Part shown: in pieces, positions 25,136 to 38,265 of the stretch
Layout of the letters: the number at the start of each line of letters is the position of its first letter
Position numbering within the stretch: position 1 is the first letter of the stretch
Assembly: GCF_001194135.2 (NCBI RefSeq)
Contig: NC_068987.1
Coordinates: 87,720,694-87,784,607 of the forward strand
Reading direction: 5' to 3'
Source: Octopus bimaculoides
Lineage: Eukaryota
DNA: 63,914 nucleotides
Made by a program: the position numbers and the translations under genes
The notes under the pieces: model-generated
Databases searched by the model: none
Told to the model about the DNA's origin: nothing
Seen by the model: only the letters and a program-made list of their open reading frames with translations

Positions 25136-25349
25136 CTTCTCTACTCTAGGCACAAGACCTGAAATTTCAGGGGAGGGGGCCAGTTGATTAGATCAACCCT
25201 AGTACACAACTGGTACTTAATTTATCGACCCTGAAAGGATGAAAGGCAAAGTGGACCTCAGTGAAATTTGAACTCAGAACATAGAGACACACGAAATACC
25301 GCTAAGCATTTTGCCCAGCCTGCTAACATTTCTGCCAGCTCGCCACCTT
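25136..25349 (-). mobile_element. Family-C SINE
   Basis: 17-bp TSD AAGATAAGAT(GT/AC)ATAAT. Confidence 0.8.
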
Positions 25350-25729
25350 AAGATAAGATACATAATGAAATAATGAAAGTCTCTCACAGTAGAATTGACT
25401 GTCAGCTGATAGTCTAATACTATTACAGCTTTCACTTTTAATATCTGTGTACTTATATAAGTGAACGGAACCATGAAGACAAACAAGTGAGGACACCTGA
25501 GCGAGTGTTGACAAAATGAACTGCCAAACACCTTGGCTGGTTGTCAATTCAGCCACCTGCATTATAAACACAAGCAAACAAAATGAATAAACATTAAATA
25601 AATTTATAGACAAATAAACAAACAGTAGAAGACTTTTTTTTTAAAGTATTAAGAAAACAAATAAACTTGAGAGTGATTAAGAAATTCAAAAAAGAAAAAA
25701 AAAAACAAACACAGTAAAATTTAAACATT

Positions 25730-26394
25730 CATTTTTCTATGCTTGGTTGGGTTGGATAGAGTTTACTGAGGTGGATTTTTTTTACAGCTGGATATACCCT
25801 TGCTGTAATCAACACATTTCAAAGCAAGGTAATATTTGCAATATGAAGACAAGGAGACACAAACACTCGTCTGTTCATTCATACATACACACACACCCAC
25901 ACCAATACACACGCACACACTCACACCAATACACACGTGCACACCCACACGCACACACCCACACCAATACACACTCACACACCCACACCAATACACACGC
26001 ACACACACACATCCACACCAATACATACGCACACACCAATACACACGCACACATCAATACACACGCACACACCAATACACACGCACACACCAATATACAT
26101 GCACACACTCACACCAATACACATGCACACACCCACACCAATACATACGCGCACACCCATACCAATACACACGTGCACACCCACACCAATACACACGCAC
26201 ATGCACGTGTACACACATACACGCATGATGGGCTTTTTTTTTTCAATTTCTGTCTACCAAATCCACTTACAAGAGTTACATCGGTTTGGGGTTATAGTAG
26301 AAGACACTTGCTCAAGGTGCTACACAGCAGGACTGAACCTGAAACAATGTAGTTGGCAAGCAAACTTCTCAACCACACAGCCATGCTTGCACCT
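25730..26394 (-). mobile_element. Family-A2 SINE with an expanded internal minisatellite
   Basis: The A2 tail is on the left, the head is on the right, and the CACCAATACAC array lies in between. Confidence 0.7.
25885..26215 (+). repeat. (AC)-derived minisatellite, about 13 units with a CACCAATACAC core
   Basis: The core recurs at mixed spacing, with runs of 18-nt and 24-26-nt units. Confidence 0.85.
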
Positions 26395-27095
26395 TATGGA
26401 GACAATTTCGTCTTCACAAAATGAATGAAAATAATTCACTTTCTTTTGGATAAACATTACAGGAAAATCTCATTTGTTACAGGTCTCCTTAAAGACAGGT
26501 AATTTTGTTGGAAACAGAGGACATATTACTGAAAAGCTTACCACCAAACACATCTTGTATTTTTATATCGTCTATATTTAAAGAGAATGACAAAACAAAA
26601 CATTAAAACACAATCTTGTTGAAACGAATAAATAGGTTATAAAATAATAAATATGAAGATAAACAACTTCATCAAAGCAGACTGTATTTTAGACAATAAA
26701 TGAATAAATTATGCTCTGTTGTAGCTACAGAGTTTATACTCTTAAAGGTATTCCATAATGCAATTATAGAACTCCACTGAAGCCCAGCAGATTTCTTATC
26801 TCAGCCATTCCACTGTTATCTCCTACTGCACTCCAAGTGGTTGCTTCACAGTATATTTTTAGATCTTGTGCAGGTTTTTAAAGACTTAGGGTTAAGTTTA
26901 TCGTTGAAGGTGGTGAGCTGACAGACTTGTCAGATTATTGGATCAAATGCCTTGTAAGTATTTGTTCTGGGTCTTTGCATTCTGAGTTCAAATCCAGCTG
27001 AGGCTCAACTTCACTTTTCGTCATATAAAATAATGTATATGACTCAAGATGCTTGTTATGCCTTAGCGTTTATTGTCCTCTTTCACAAACATTAT

Positions 27096-27129
<34 letters not shown>

Positions 27130-27526
27130 TATTATTATTATTTTTCCTTTCACTGATTAAAATATGTGTTCATCCATGTATCAAAAATGCTGCTGCGGAT
27201 ACCATTTATTTCCTGTTTATGCTACTTACAAATTGCTACGCAAGAAGAACGGTGATAATTTTATATCAAGTATTTATATGCTAAAAAAAAAAAAATTTTT
27301 TTTTTAAACATTTGAATTTTACACTAACAAAAAAAAAATGTACAATTTAAATTTTCGGCACCACTCGCTATACACAAGCAGATTCTCTATTCCAAGAATG
27401 TTGCTCCAATTCTAAATACAAATATTTCTTAGTTATTGTGAGAATCTTGGAAATATTAATTTTTTGATGCATCGCAAACAAAATGTATAAATCTTATTTG
27501 GAAACCAAATGAAGTCTAACCAAGAA

Positions 27527-27661
27527 TCAGTAGTGGTAGTAGTAGCAGCAGCTGTAGTAGTAATAGCAATATTAACAGTAGTAGTAGTGGTGGTGGTGGT
27601 GGTAGTGATAGTGACGGTGGTGGTGGTGGTGGTAGTAGTAGTAACAACAACAAAACAACAA
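27527..27661. repeat. Compound trinucleotide tract (GTA/GTG/GCA/ACA)n
   Basis: Direct reading. It explains the poly-V and poly-T ORFs. Confidence 0.9.
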
Positions 27662-29665
27662 CTCCTGAGATTATTTTGCAAGCATAACAGAGCTCTCATC
27701 TCTCTTACTGGAGCCACTGACCATGGTTAAGATTTTTGAAAAGAAACTAGGATTTTACAAGTAATATGTGACATTCAGGCATGGCTGTGTGACTGAGAAG
27801 CTTGCTTCCTAATCATGTGGTCTTTGGTTCAGTCCCACTACGTGGCACTGTGNNNNNNNNNNGTGTGCGTGTGTGCGTGTGTGCGTGTGTGTGTGTAGCT
27901 TGTCTTGAGATCATGTGATAGTTGTAAATGTTACTGTCATACAAGCAGTGTCAATCGTTTCCATGTTCTGTGAAAACATGTCTGGCCATGGGGAAATACC
28001 TGGCTTGGGAACAGGTAAGGGATGGCAACAGGAAAGACATCTACCACAAAAAAAAAAAAACTCCATTTGACCCATGCAGGCCTGCAAAAGTGAGTATTAA
28101 AATGAAATTAAATCAAATGAAAAGCATGTGCGTGTGTGCATGTTGTGCGTATTTTAGACATCACATGATGGTTGTAAATGAGCACCATCATCGTACAAGC
28201 AAGACACTGGCCACGGGGAACTATTATCACCTTGCTTGGAAACCAGTGAGTGTTGGTGACAGGCAGGGCATCCATCTGTAGAAAATGTCTCGACAAATTC
28301 CATCCAAACAGAAAAGTGGACATTGATGACGATACCTTTCTCAAGGGTCTTAAACAAGCATTTGAAACAAAATATTTCCAACAAATCATCTAATAAACTG
28401 TTGAGTTCTACACTTGCTTTGCCTGAGAAATATCCCCGACTTGTTTACTTTCAGAGTGAACATAACGTAAGGTTAATAATTCTTTGGTTATGTAAACTTT
28501 ATTATTTGACAGACAGTAAGAAGAGAATAGCAATGTTTGAAAAACAAGAGGATTAATGCTGTTCTAGCAAGCGGATAGTAAGTAAATAAATAAAAGCTGT
28601 AATTGCTTATCTGTCAGACTAATAGCATTCACACCAACAATAATGGATTATCAAAGAGAATAATTTGACTTGCAAGATTTAAGAGTTTGGACAAAGGAAA
28701 CAGTGACAATCACTAAATTTGATAAGAGATTTTAAAAGAAACCTGCTTATATTAACAGCTTTGGGAATATATCTTAAAAAGCAAACAGAGCAGATTTTTA
28801 GAGCAAGAAAAAAAAAAAATCGATGAGCTTCAAAATTTCAGGAAGATTGATTAGCATTATAAATAGTTATTGGCAGTTCACCTTAATATGTATAAACATA
28901 TGATGAAATATATAAATGCATGTATAAGTAAAAGCATTCCGGATTGCATTCAAACACAAATACACACATAGAGTGCATGTGTGTGTGTGTGTGTCTTTCT
29001 CTCTATATCTCTCTCACAACTCTGCAGGAATACATACAAAGAACTGTTCAACCTGGAGCCACAAGTAGAAATCACATGCCCAAGGTCATGTGAGTAAACC
29101 CGAAATCACATGGTTGGAAAGCAACCTTCTTTAAACACACACACCACTACTGCCTGCACCTTTAAGATGAAAACCAAATATTGATAGCAGTTGAAACCTA
29201 TTGCAGAATCTATTGTTCCCCATCTTCCAAAGAGAAAAAGCAATTGATTAAATATTTTAATGAAACAGCTCACGCAAATTTTAGATAATATCTTTAAGAT
29301 GCTTAGCAGCTTGATACAAATCAAGCCTAAAAATAATTTAGATCTGACATTCATCAATATGTAATTAATCTGTTTTCAATATTTTCAAAATTGTACCTTA
29401 AATTTGTTTGTTCAATATTTACCGAATCTATTCTCAAGTTTGTTAACTGTCCTTGATTTGATGACCTCGTTCCAACCACCTTGAGATTTCTTTATAATTT
29501 GTTATATCTCTTCAAAAATAATTTATACAACTGACCTTGTTGACAATTAAAGTGTTTTGTGTTTGCTCAGGTGAAGTGAGTGAGTGTATATCAACCTTAT
29601 GCACACACACACACACACACACAGACAAACACACACACACACAGACAAACACACACACACACAGA

Positions 29666-29710
<45 letters not shown>

Positions 29711-32127
29711 TATCACGTGATTACTTTATGGAATTTTTGGTGGTTTTATTGCTGGTCTATTTTTTCTTTTATCATTTACAATATACTTATATGATTCTTA
29801 GCAGATTAAGAAGCTTGAAAAGGCTACGAAATACACCAATTCAAGTAGAAGGTATTAAAAAGATCTAAATCAAATTTTGAATGTACTGCTAAAGAGTTTA
29901 CACTTAAAGTTATTACAAAAACAATACAGAGTAACGATTAAATAAGCTAAATATTCTGAGACACCCCACCAATAAATGTGTACATTTACTCATAATCACG
30001 AATATGTACTTTTAAGTTCCTCAAGGAAAAAATGTATTTTAAGTATCTGAATTTGGGTGAATTTTTCTTTTCTTTTTTCTTGAAGGGTTCAGTCAAGTGG
30101 CTTACCCACCAGTGTTTATTTTATCAGTCTCTTCTGCTGAACTACAAAGTCATGAGAAAATGGAGATATAAACAAATCAACACTGATCAAGTGGTGGGAG
30201 GGAGGACACAAATAGACACAAAAACACACACAATGGGTTTCCACACAGTTTCCATCTACCAAATCTACTTACAAAGTATTAGTAGGCCTGGAACTATAGT
30301 AGAAGACACTCACACAAGGTGCTGTGCAGTGGGACTGAACCTGAAACCATGTAGTTTTGCAAAGCAAGCTCTTTAACCACACAGTCAACCCTGCAACTTT
30401 ATGCTTGCACATTGATTAATGTAATGCCAGTTTCAAATTTTAGTACAAAGCCAGAAATTTCAAGGGGGTCAGATAAGTCAACTGCATCAATCCCAGTGCT
30501 CAAATGATTCCTATTTTACCGATCCTAAAAAGAGGAAAGTCAATCTCAGTGGAATTTGAACTCAGAACATAAAGACAGCCAAAATGCAGATAAGCGTTTT
30601 GTCCAGTATGCTAACGATTCTGCCAGCTTGCAGGATCATTATTGATGAGTGTAATATAAGCGTTTATAAATATTTATGAGTGCACGTGTCCATAAAGTAT
30701 GGTAGAAAAAAAATAAAATAAAAAGATATCGTATGAGAACACAAAATATCATGGTGCCATTCCACAAAATTTGATATAAATAACTTCTGCGAAAATTAGA
30801 ACATAAGAGTCATTGCAAACAAGAAAGGAAACAGAATTTTCTGAGAAATGTGTGACTAAATTACATGTTAGAACTACATGTGACATGGGTTGGCTAAGAG
30901 CTACAAGTCAATACAATGAAAAAGAAAAAAAAGCAATTATATATTTTCATAGATTCAAATCCATCTCTTAAGTAGTTTACGAATAAAAGCATACAATTTT
31001 CAAACATTGCTGCTGCTAAAAAAATTAAGATAAAAACTTGTGTTAAAATATTTGCTATTGCCAATGTAGAAAATGTAACCGTTCTCACTATCACAATCTA
31101 TTTTAACATTTTCTTCCACTTTGGAATATGCTAAGTGAATCATCAGAATTTCTTAACAAATACCAGTTAGTTTAGATATTGGATTTTAGTAAAATCTCTT
31201 TGAAAGTGGTAATTGCTGATTTTCATTGTCTATTCTCAATTCTTATAAATATGAAAAAAAAAAAAAAGGCTACTAATAACTAAATCTCAAATTAAAAAAG
31301 AAATATAATGAAACTTATTTATTTTTACAAATAGAAAATATTATTTTCTAAACCAAAGATAAAATTCTTTTGAACACTTAATTGAATGGCACTCCAAAGT
31401 AATCTTAGGTTTGAAAACTGAGCAAATGTTATGAACAATAATAAACTTATAGACAACAACAGCTGTAGACATTTCAACTTCAAAGCTACCTTCAATTTTA
31501 ATTTATACGATATTTTTCAATCCTCCTCACATTATATAAGTGAAACTTCTAAAACTAAGAGGAGAATAAAGTAAACCCTTTTTCCCCTATAGAACAGCTT
31601 AAGTCATCAGCATCATCATTCAACATCCCTCTTTTTTTACCATGTTAGAATAGGTTGAATGGTTTGATAAGAACCAATGAGTCAAAGGGCTGTGCCAGCC
31701 CCCAATATCTGGTTTGACATGTTGTTACAGCTGGATGTCTTTCCCTAGCACAAACCACCTCACAGAGTGTACTGAGGGCAGTTTTCATGGCACCAGCAAT
31801 GGTAAGGTCACCAAATAATTGCAGGACAAGACCTCTCAACTGAGTGGAGTATAGTATTGAGGGAGGTGAAAATATGACAGAGGGACAGGACTGGGTGTCT
31901 TGTTGAAGAAGCAGAAAGATGGCTTCCCTATCTAGAGAGACAGAGAGAGATGTGAGATCAAGTCTGAATTGGAAAAAAAAAAAAAAATCTTCCGACATCA
32001 ACAAAAGGAGTTAAAAAAAAACCAAAGAACCGTCTCTTAAGTCAGGGACTGGGAACAATTTTAGTACCAGGAGTAAACTGCAAGGAGGGGAAAAATCTGT
32101 GCTGAGAAAAATATGGAATCTTTGATT

Positions 32128-32360
32128 TTACTGGCACATAAAAAGCACCATTCAAGCATGGCTGATGCCATTGCCACCTGACTAGCACAGAAAAAGCACC
32201 CACTACACTCTCGGAGTTGTCGGCATTAGGAAAGGTATCCAGCTGTAGAAACCTTGCCAGATCAGATTGGAGCCTGGTGCAGCCTCGCAGCTCGTCAGTT
32301 TTCAGTCAAACCATCCAACCCATGCCAGCATGGAAAGCAGGCATTAAACAACGATAATGA
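32128..32360 (+). mobile_element. RTE LINE 3' UTR copy
   Basis: Same UTR and tail. A degenerate minus copy lies at about 31612-31910. Confidence 0.7.
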
Positions 32361-32445
32361 GACATGCAACTTAAATTACTGATCAGTTTTTAAAACTAAA
32401 ATATAATTTTTTTTTTTATATTAGATTTTAGAGATTTTGTTAGAA

Positions 32446-32701
32446 CATTGGTTCTCAATTGGGGTCCAGATGGCCCTTTGGGGTCCAGTTAAGATTTTCT
32501 TGTTTAAATTTATTTGCAATAAATTGGTTAAACTTCTGCAATGCACAAAGTACTTTTAATCTTTTTATACAATTCCTAATAATATTTAATTATAAAGATA
32601 TTAAAAGATTTTTTTTAAACATCGAATGACTATAGGGTTTTCAGGAGAATAAAATAAGAATCATAGGGGTCCATAGGGAGAAAAAGGGTTGAGAAACACT
32701 G
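32446..32701. mobile_element. hAT-type MITE (uninterrupted copy)
   Basis: CATTGGTTCTCAA...TTGAGAAACACTG termini. It is collinear with the flanks of 54130-54711. Confidence 0.7.
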
Positions 32702-35700
32702 TAGTGAATAGTTGCAGGGTTAAACAATCATTGAAGCGTTCCCCATCCTTGCTCTCAGTAGTTACCTGACTTGCTGAAAATAACAGCCAATAATACTTAA
32801 ATCAGATCCTACCATTATAAGAAAAAAATAAGGATGCTTTGACCAATACCATCTCAGATTCACTATGTCTGGAAATAAGACATAGGCTGTGTGGTTCACA
32901 TGGTTAGCTCACTTCCAAAGTATCTGATTAAGGGCTCAGTCCCACTGTGTGGAAGCAGTTGGCTGGTGCTCTCTACTGCAGCCACATGTTGTCCAGTGCC
33001 TTGGAAGTGAAACCGGTAGAGAAAACCACTAAGATGCCTGTTGTGTGCATGCATGCATGCGTGTGTGTGCTCTTTCATGTTGACATGTGAATGCTCATTA
33101 TAAACAAAAACCTCCCTATTCATACAAATGGATTTGGTTGTTTGCCGTCCTCTACGAAAGCATGTTTGGGCTGTTCATTGATAAGAAATGGAAAATACAG
33201 CCATACTAAGAAGCTGTAATGATTTGGCATCAGAAAAAATATCCAGCCATAGAAAATTCTGCCTCTACATAGTCTTATCTGACTCAGGAAAACATGGAAA
33301 AGTAGATGCTAAGAAGAGGATGATGATAACAGATTGAATATACTGAACCGCCTAACTGGACAACATTGTAAAATAAGTGTGAGGGACAGGATCTGGTCAG
33401 TTTGAACATGAAACAGAATACTTCAGCCAGATATGGACCACTTTAAATGCTAAAGAGTTCAAATATTAGTAGAAAATGAAGGAAGGTGCAGAGATGACAG
33501 CCAATAATAAATTATGCATTAGTTTTCCAATGTTTTATATGAACCAACAGAAATAGACTTTGTGCAGTTCTACAGGATACAATAAATGAAGAGTAGTTAA
33601 ACAGCATGCGGTCTGAAATTACAAGTTTGATATAGATCAGGAATTCAAGCATAGAATACAACAGGTTTTAATTTACAACATCAAGGCAAAGTTTACATCA
33701 ATGCTGATGGGACAAGCAAATTGTGCTACATAAAAAAAAAGCATTTTTATCATAATTGTCCAAATGGAAGGAAGTTGGGAAGTTGGACTACTTTGTGTTT
33801 CATTCAACTGAAACATATCAAGATGAGAGATGGTGTCAGAGACCATAAAATTATGTCAACGTCCTTGAGTTAACATTTCATTTAAAGTCTACAGGTACAG
33901 GGGGGGGGGNNNNNNNNNNAAAAGAAGCAGATTCTGTTTGTGTTGCCGTTTTCTCAAAGCCTACAGAAAACAAAATCTCAAAATATCAATCATTCAAACT
34001 TGTCTAATGCCCAGTAAAAGAGAAAAGGAAAGCTTTTTCAAGTTTTGCTTTATATGGTCAAAATAGTCAGCAGATCACTGGTCTCTGATTGCTTGAAAAC
34101 AAGTGACAACGTTTTTGGTCATCTCAAGGTTATTGTTAAAGATACTTTTTCATAGTACCTAGCAGTGGAATCAAACCCAAACCAGCATGATTACAAAGAA
34201 ATCTTAAAACCATAAAAGCCAAGCCAATATTTGTTAACTATTTTCCCCCAAGAGACAAGAGAAAAACAATTAATAAACCTAAAATTATCAAATTTCTTAA
34301 TTAGGCATAAAGCTGTTTTTTTTTTGGGGGGGGGAGGGGGTTCGCAAGCCCTCGGATTCATAAAGTTGGTTACCTGGCTCTCATAGTGTATAAGTAACCA
34401 AAATCACAACACTTCCCCTGAATGGAATGCTGGTCAAAGGGTTTATAGTCATCATCCTTTAACATCTGTTTTCCATGCTGGCATGGGTTCAGCAATTATG
34501 AAGGGAGGGGGGCAAATCAATAACATCAACCCCCAGTAACTGACTGGTACTTTTTCAACCCAGAAGGGACGAAAGCAAAGCTGACTTCCATGAGATTTGA
34601 GCAAAGAATATAAAGAACTGAAAGAAATGCTGCTAAGCATCTTGTCTTCTGTGCTAACGATTCCACCAGCTCATTACCTTTGCGAAGCTATTTGAATAGA
34701 GATTTAAAATGTATCACAAGAAACAGTCAAACATTTATTGTATGATACAAATTCACACTCCACACAACTGCTTACATTCTTAGTTATTATAGCTTTCAAA
34801 TAACATTTATTAATAATCAGCCATTGACAAGCTAATTATACTCAATTATTAAGTTATTAGCATGTTGTTAATCAATTTCATTATCAACTTTATTTTCCAA
34901 AATCTCTATGCTCAGAACCAATATCTTTACACTATCCTCACAGCTACATCAAAGTAGTTGTTACATTCTTTTGAGTAGCGTCAGCATACATAGGGGTATC
35001 TATTTACAACAAGATACCAATACCAACTATATATTTATATCAATAAATTATACGATTACAATGTACAATGAATCACCAATAGTAATTATGATACTATGAT
35101 AATCAAGAAGAAATAACCACGATCGCAACAGCCGTTAAAAACCTATCGTTAGTAGCAGTCAGTAACCCCAATTTGCATTTTTTTTTTTTGTGTTTACAGT
35201 ACAACAATCAATCTTGGAAGTACAAATAGAAAAACATGTCTCATTTAGTATGAAGCAGTGGAATGTCAGTGAGCCAGTGCATATGGGACCTGACTAAAAA
35301 TGGTACAAAACCAATACTTGGCCTAAATCTCATAACCGTCAACACGAGTCAAACAAGAAATATTATTTTGGAGATTACATACCAGTAGTGCTCGGTTGTA
35401 CCTCAACAACCCATTTCACCAACTGGTATTTTGTAAAAGGCCCTGCCTCCTCCTACTTTGCAACAAAGAAATTTTGCAGCGACATATCTTTTATCTTTTA
35501 CTGCTCGATTTCCCTTAAATCACATCCTACTATCCTAAAAAGGATGACGTCTAAGACTTCAGTAGATAACATAGCATTATGTATACTAAAAGAAGATCGG
35601 CTGGTAATGACTGATACATTTTGGAACTTCAGTTTGCTCAATCAGAACAGAACTAGGGCTATACAACAACACTCAGACAAAAAAATAAATTGAACCTTTT

Positions 35701-35704
35701 GATG

Positions 35705-35741
<37 letters not shown>

Positions 35742-36548
35742 TTCAAATACACATGCTTGGCTGTGTCATAAGAGGTTTGCTTCCCAACCACATGGTTTTG
35801 GGTTCAGTCCCATGTGTGGCATCTAGGGCCAGTGACTTTGTTATAGCCCCAGGGTGACCAAAGCCTTGCAAGTGGATTTCATAAACTGAAAGAAGCCCAT
35901 CATATATACAAGCAAGCATGTGTGTTGACTGCTTAACAACCACCAAGTTTATATCCTCATAACTTAGCAGTCAGTAGTGTAGAGACTGATAGAATAAGTA
36001 TCAAGCTTTAAAGAAAAAGTAATGGGGATTGATTTGTTTGACTAAAACCCCTTCAAGGTGGTGCCCCAGCATGGCCACAGTCCAATGACTGAAACAAGTA
36101 AAGACATAAATCAAACTCAGTTTTGATATATAAGTAACCAAGAGATCAGAGATTGATTAACTGTTCAGAGGTTTGATGGCTTACATAAGCACTGAGATTG
36201 ACATGGTCAATTAAATTGGGACTAAGTCTGGCTGAAAACATTTTAAAGTCACAATCATTCTGCCCCTGCCTCCACCCCCTCCAGCTCCCATCCAAGTCTA
36301 TTTACAACTGAGCAAATCAAAGTAAATCAACAAACAACAGTATTAATAGCAAGTTTATTTTAAAGCTTAATGCAACCCAACATCATTTGAAGCCAAACAA
36401 TAACAATAGGAATTAAAGATAGATTCCGATAAAGATCAACAAAGCAGTCTTGAGTTCAATCCCACTCTGTGGTACCTAGGACAAGTGCTTCTGCTTTAGT
36501 CTTGTGCTGACTAAAGCCTTGTGAGTGGATGTGGGTCAATTTGTTTGA

Positions 36549-36985
36549 CTTATTAGAAAATTACTATTTGTAAATCTCACAACAGATATTCAGCAACAGT
36601 ACTTTGGAGTAAAGATTATTTGCCAACATAACATGGCAGTCCTGGTTTAGGAATATCTCTCGTTATGAGATTTACATATAATAATTTTCTAATTTATAGA
36701 TCAGTGACTAGTTGTCACTTTGAAAACTATATATTTCGAACAGGAATTTGACAGCGCCACCTCTAGATGAACAATTCAGTGCTGACGAAGGGAAATAACC
36801 CAGAAATCGCAATACACAGATATTGTTTTGAGCTGAGTGAGGGTGCTAGATTCCCTTGTTCAAAAATATAAGGACACAGATCATGTCATATAGCCAGCTG
36901 GAGATGATGTCTCCCGGGGGCTAAATTACAGCAACATTCATACTAAACCAGGATTGCCATGTTATGTTGGCAAAGAATCTTTACC
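36549..36985. mobile_element. Penelope-like (pLTR) remnant inserted in an old SINE, with internal inverted segments
   Basis: It interrupts a family-A SINE at TGTTTGA (36542-36548, repeated at 36986-36992). It contains the hammerhead motif and a 42-bp inverted repeat at 36609-36650/36943-36984. The Penelope call is inferred from the hammerhead type and the inverted structure. Confidence 0.45.
36769..36828 (+). ncRNA. Candidate minimal type I hammerhead ribozyme (Penelope-like-element type), possibly degenerate
   Basis: GAACAATTCAGTG-CTGACGA-AGGG aaataa CCCA-GAAA-TCGCAA-TA^CACAGATATTGTTT. It has the CUGANGA and GAAA cores, a GGG/CCC stem II, a near-palindromic stem III, an AUA cleavage triplet, and a stem I of about 12 bp closing the flanks. 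Confidence 0.6.
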
Positions 36986-38265
36986 TGTTTGAATAAAACT
37001 CTTCAATGTGATGCCCCAGCATGACCACCACAGTCCAACAACCGAAATAACCATGATAAAAAAAAATCCTTTTTATGTTCATTAATGTACACTAATGACA
37101 TTTTAAAATTAATATTCATATTTTTCTCAATCTGTTTTGTTGTTTATTTATATTTTTGCTTTTTAGGGAAGTGTATGGTTTTATATTTTCAATGTTTTTG
37201 AAAATACTGTTATTATGCAGAGAAAGAGAGTAGATCAAATATATGTTTAACAATCTACTTTCACTTTAGTTTATTGAAGGTTAAAAAATAAAACTAACGA
37301 CTGAAAAACTGAAATGAATGACATAGATAATATTGATTTAACGTAACAAATATGAAGAGGGAAGTACATTTATTTGAATGCCGATACAAAATGTAAATGA
37401 AACTCAGATTTTACATGCAACTGCAGTATATCGATCTAGTGCATATTGAATTTAAATATCCTTAAAGATGAAATGTTCTTTAATGTGAATAGCTAATGCA
37501 AATGAGATGTGTGAATTTTTAGTTCAATAACATTGAAAAATTACCAACATCACAAGAGGATAATATCTAATGTGAGACAGTAACAAAATGCATTAGAGAC
37601 AAGGTATTAGTTAATTAAAAAGAAAAAAATGGATTGGTGAAGAGGGAGAATTAAACAATCACAAAATGGTGGTGGTTGATCAATGTTGGATCAAACATCT
37701 TTGGGAAGTAGAATAGACGAGGAAAATTTTAAACTGGCAGAGAAATTAATTTGTAATGAAAGAGAAAAGATCAACAATGTTGAAAATGGATTATGTAAAA
37801 ATCTCCAAGACAAAAGAGTGTTTGATAAAAACAAAAAAAAAAGACAGGTTTTGTTATTGGATCAAATCTAGACGATAATTTTTCTAATTATGGGATGATG
37901 TAACAATTAAGTGAATGACCCTTAATTGCTTCATATTATTAATGATATCACTTATTTTCACATAAAAGTTATGAAAAGACTAATAGAAAGATTTTATGGA
38001 AGCTTTATTGTAATTAAGCAGTAATTTTTTATTTTACTAGTTTTATTGCAATTAAAAGCTTATATGACATCATTAGAATTCCAAGAGCTATATAACATAT
38101 TGGATGGCAGACTAATGAATAAATAGTTCATTAGACTAAATATCTCATTCTAGATACTAACAAAAAAAAACAAGATTAGTTAGAGTAAAACATTGTAAGA
38201 ATTCGGAATTAGAATTACAGATTTATTTATTCCTCTAAGACCAGAATCAACATAAAGTGATCACC

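Noticed and set aside
25747-26428. His/Thr-rich ORFs of 130-201 aa, and other HTHT/VCVC ORFs
   Set aside because: They are translations of (AC)n and minisatellite tracts inside SINEs.
33920-33960. Strong minus-strand acceptor (ttttgttttctgtag|GCTTTGAG...)
   Set aside because: It gives an immediate stop in the phase required after the WW2 exon and runs into an N gap, so it cannot be supported.
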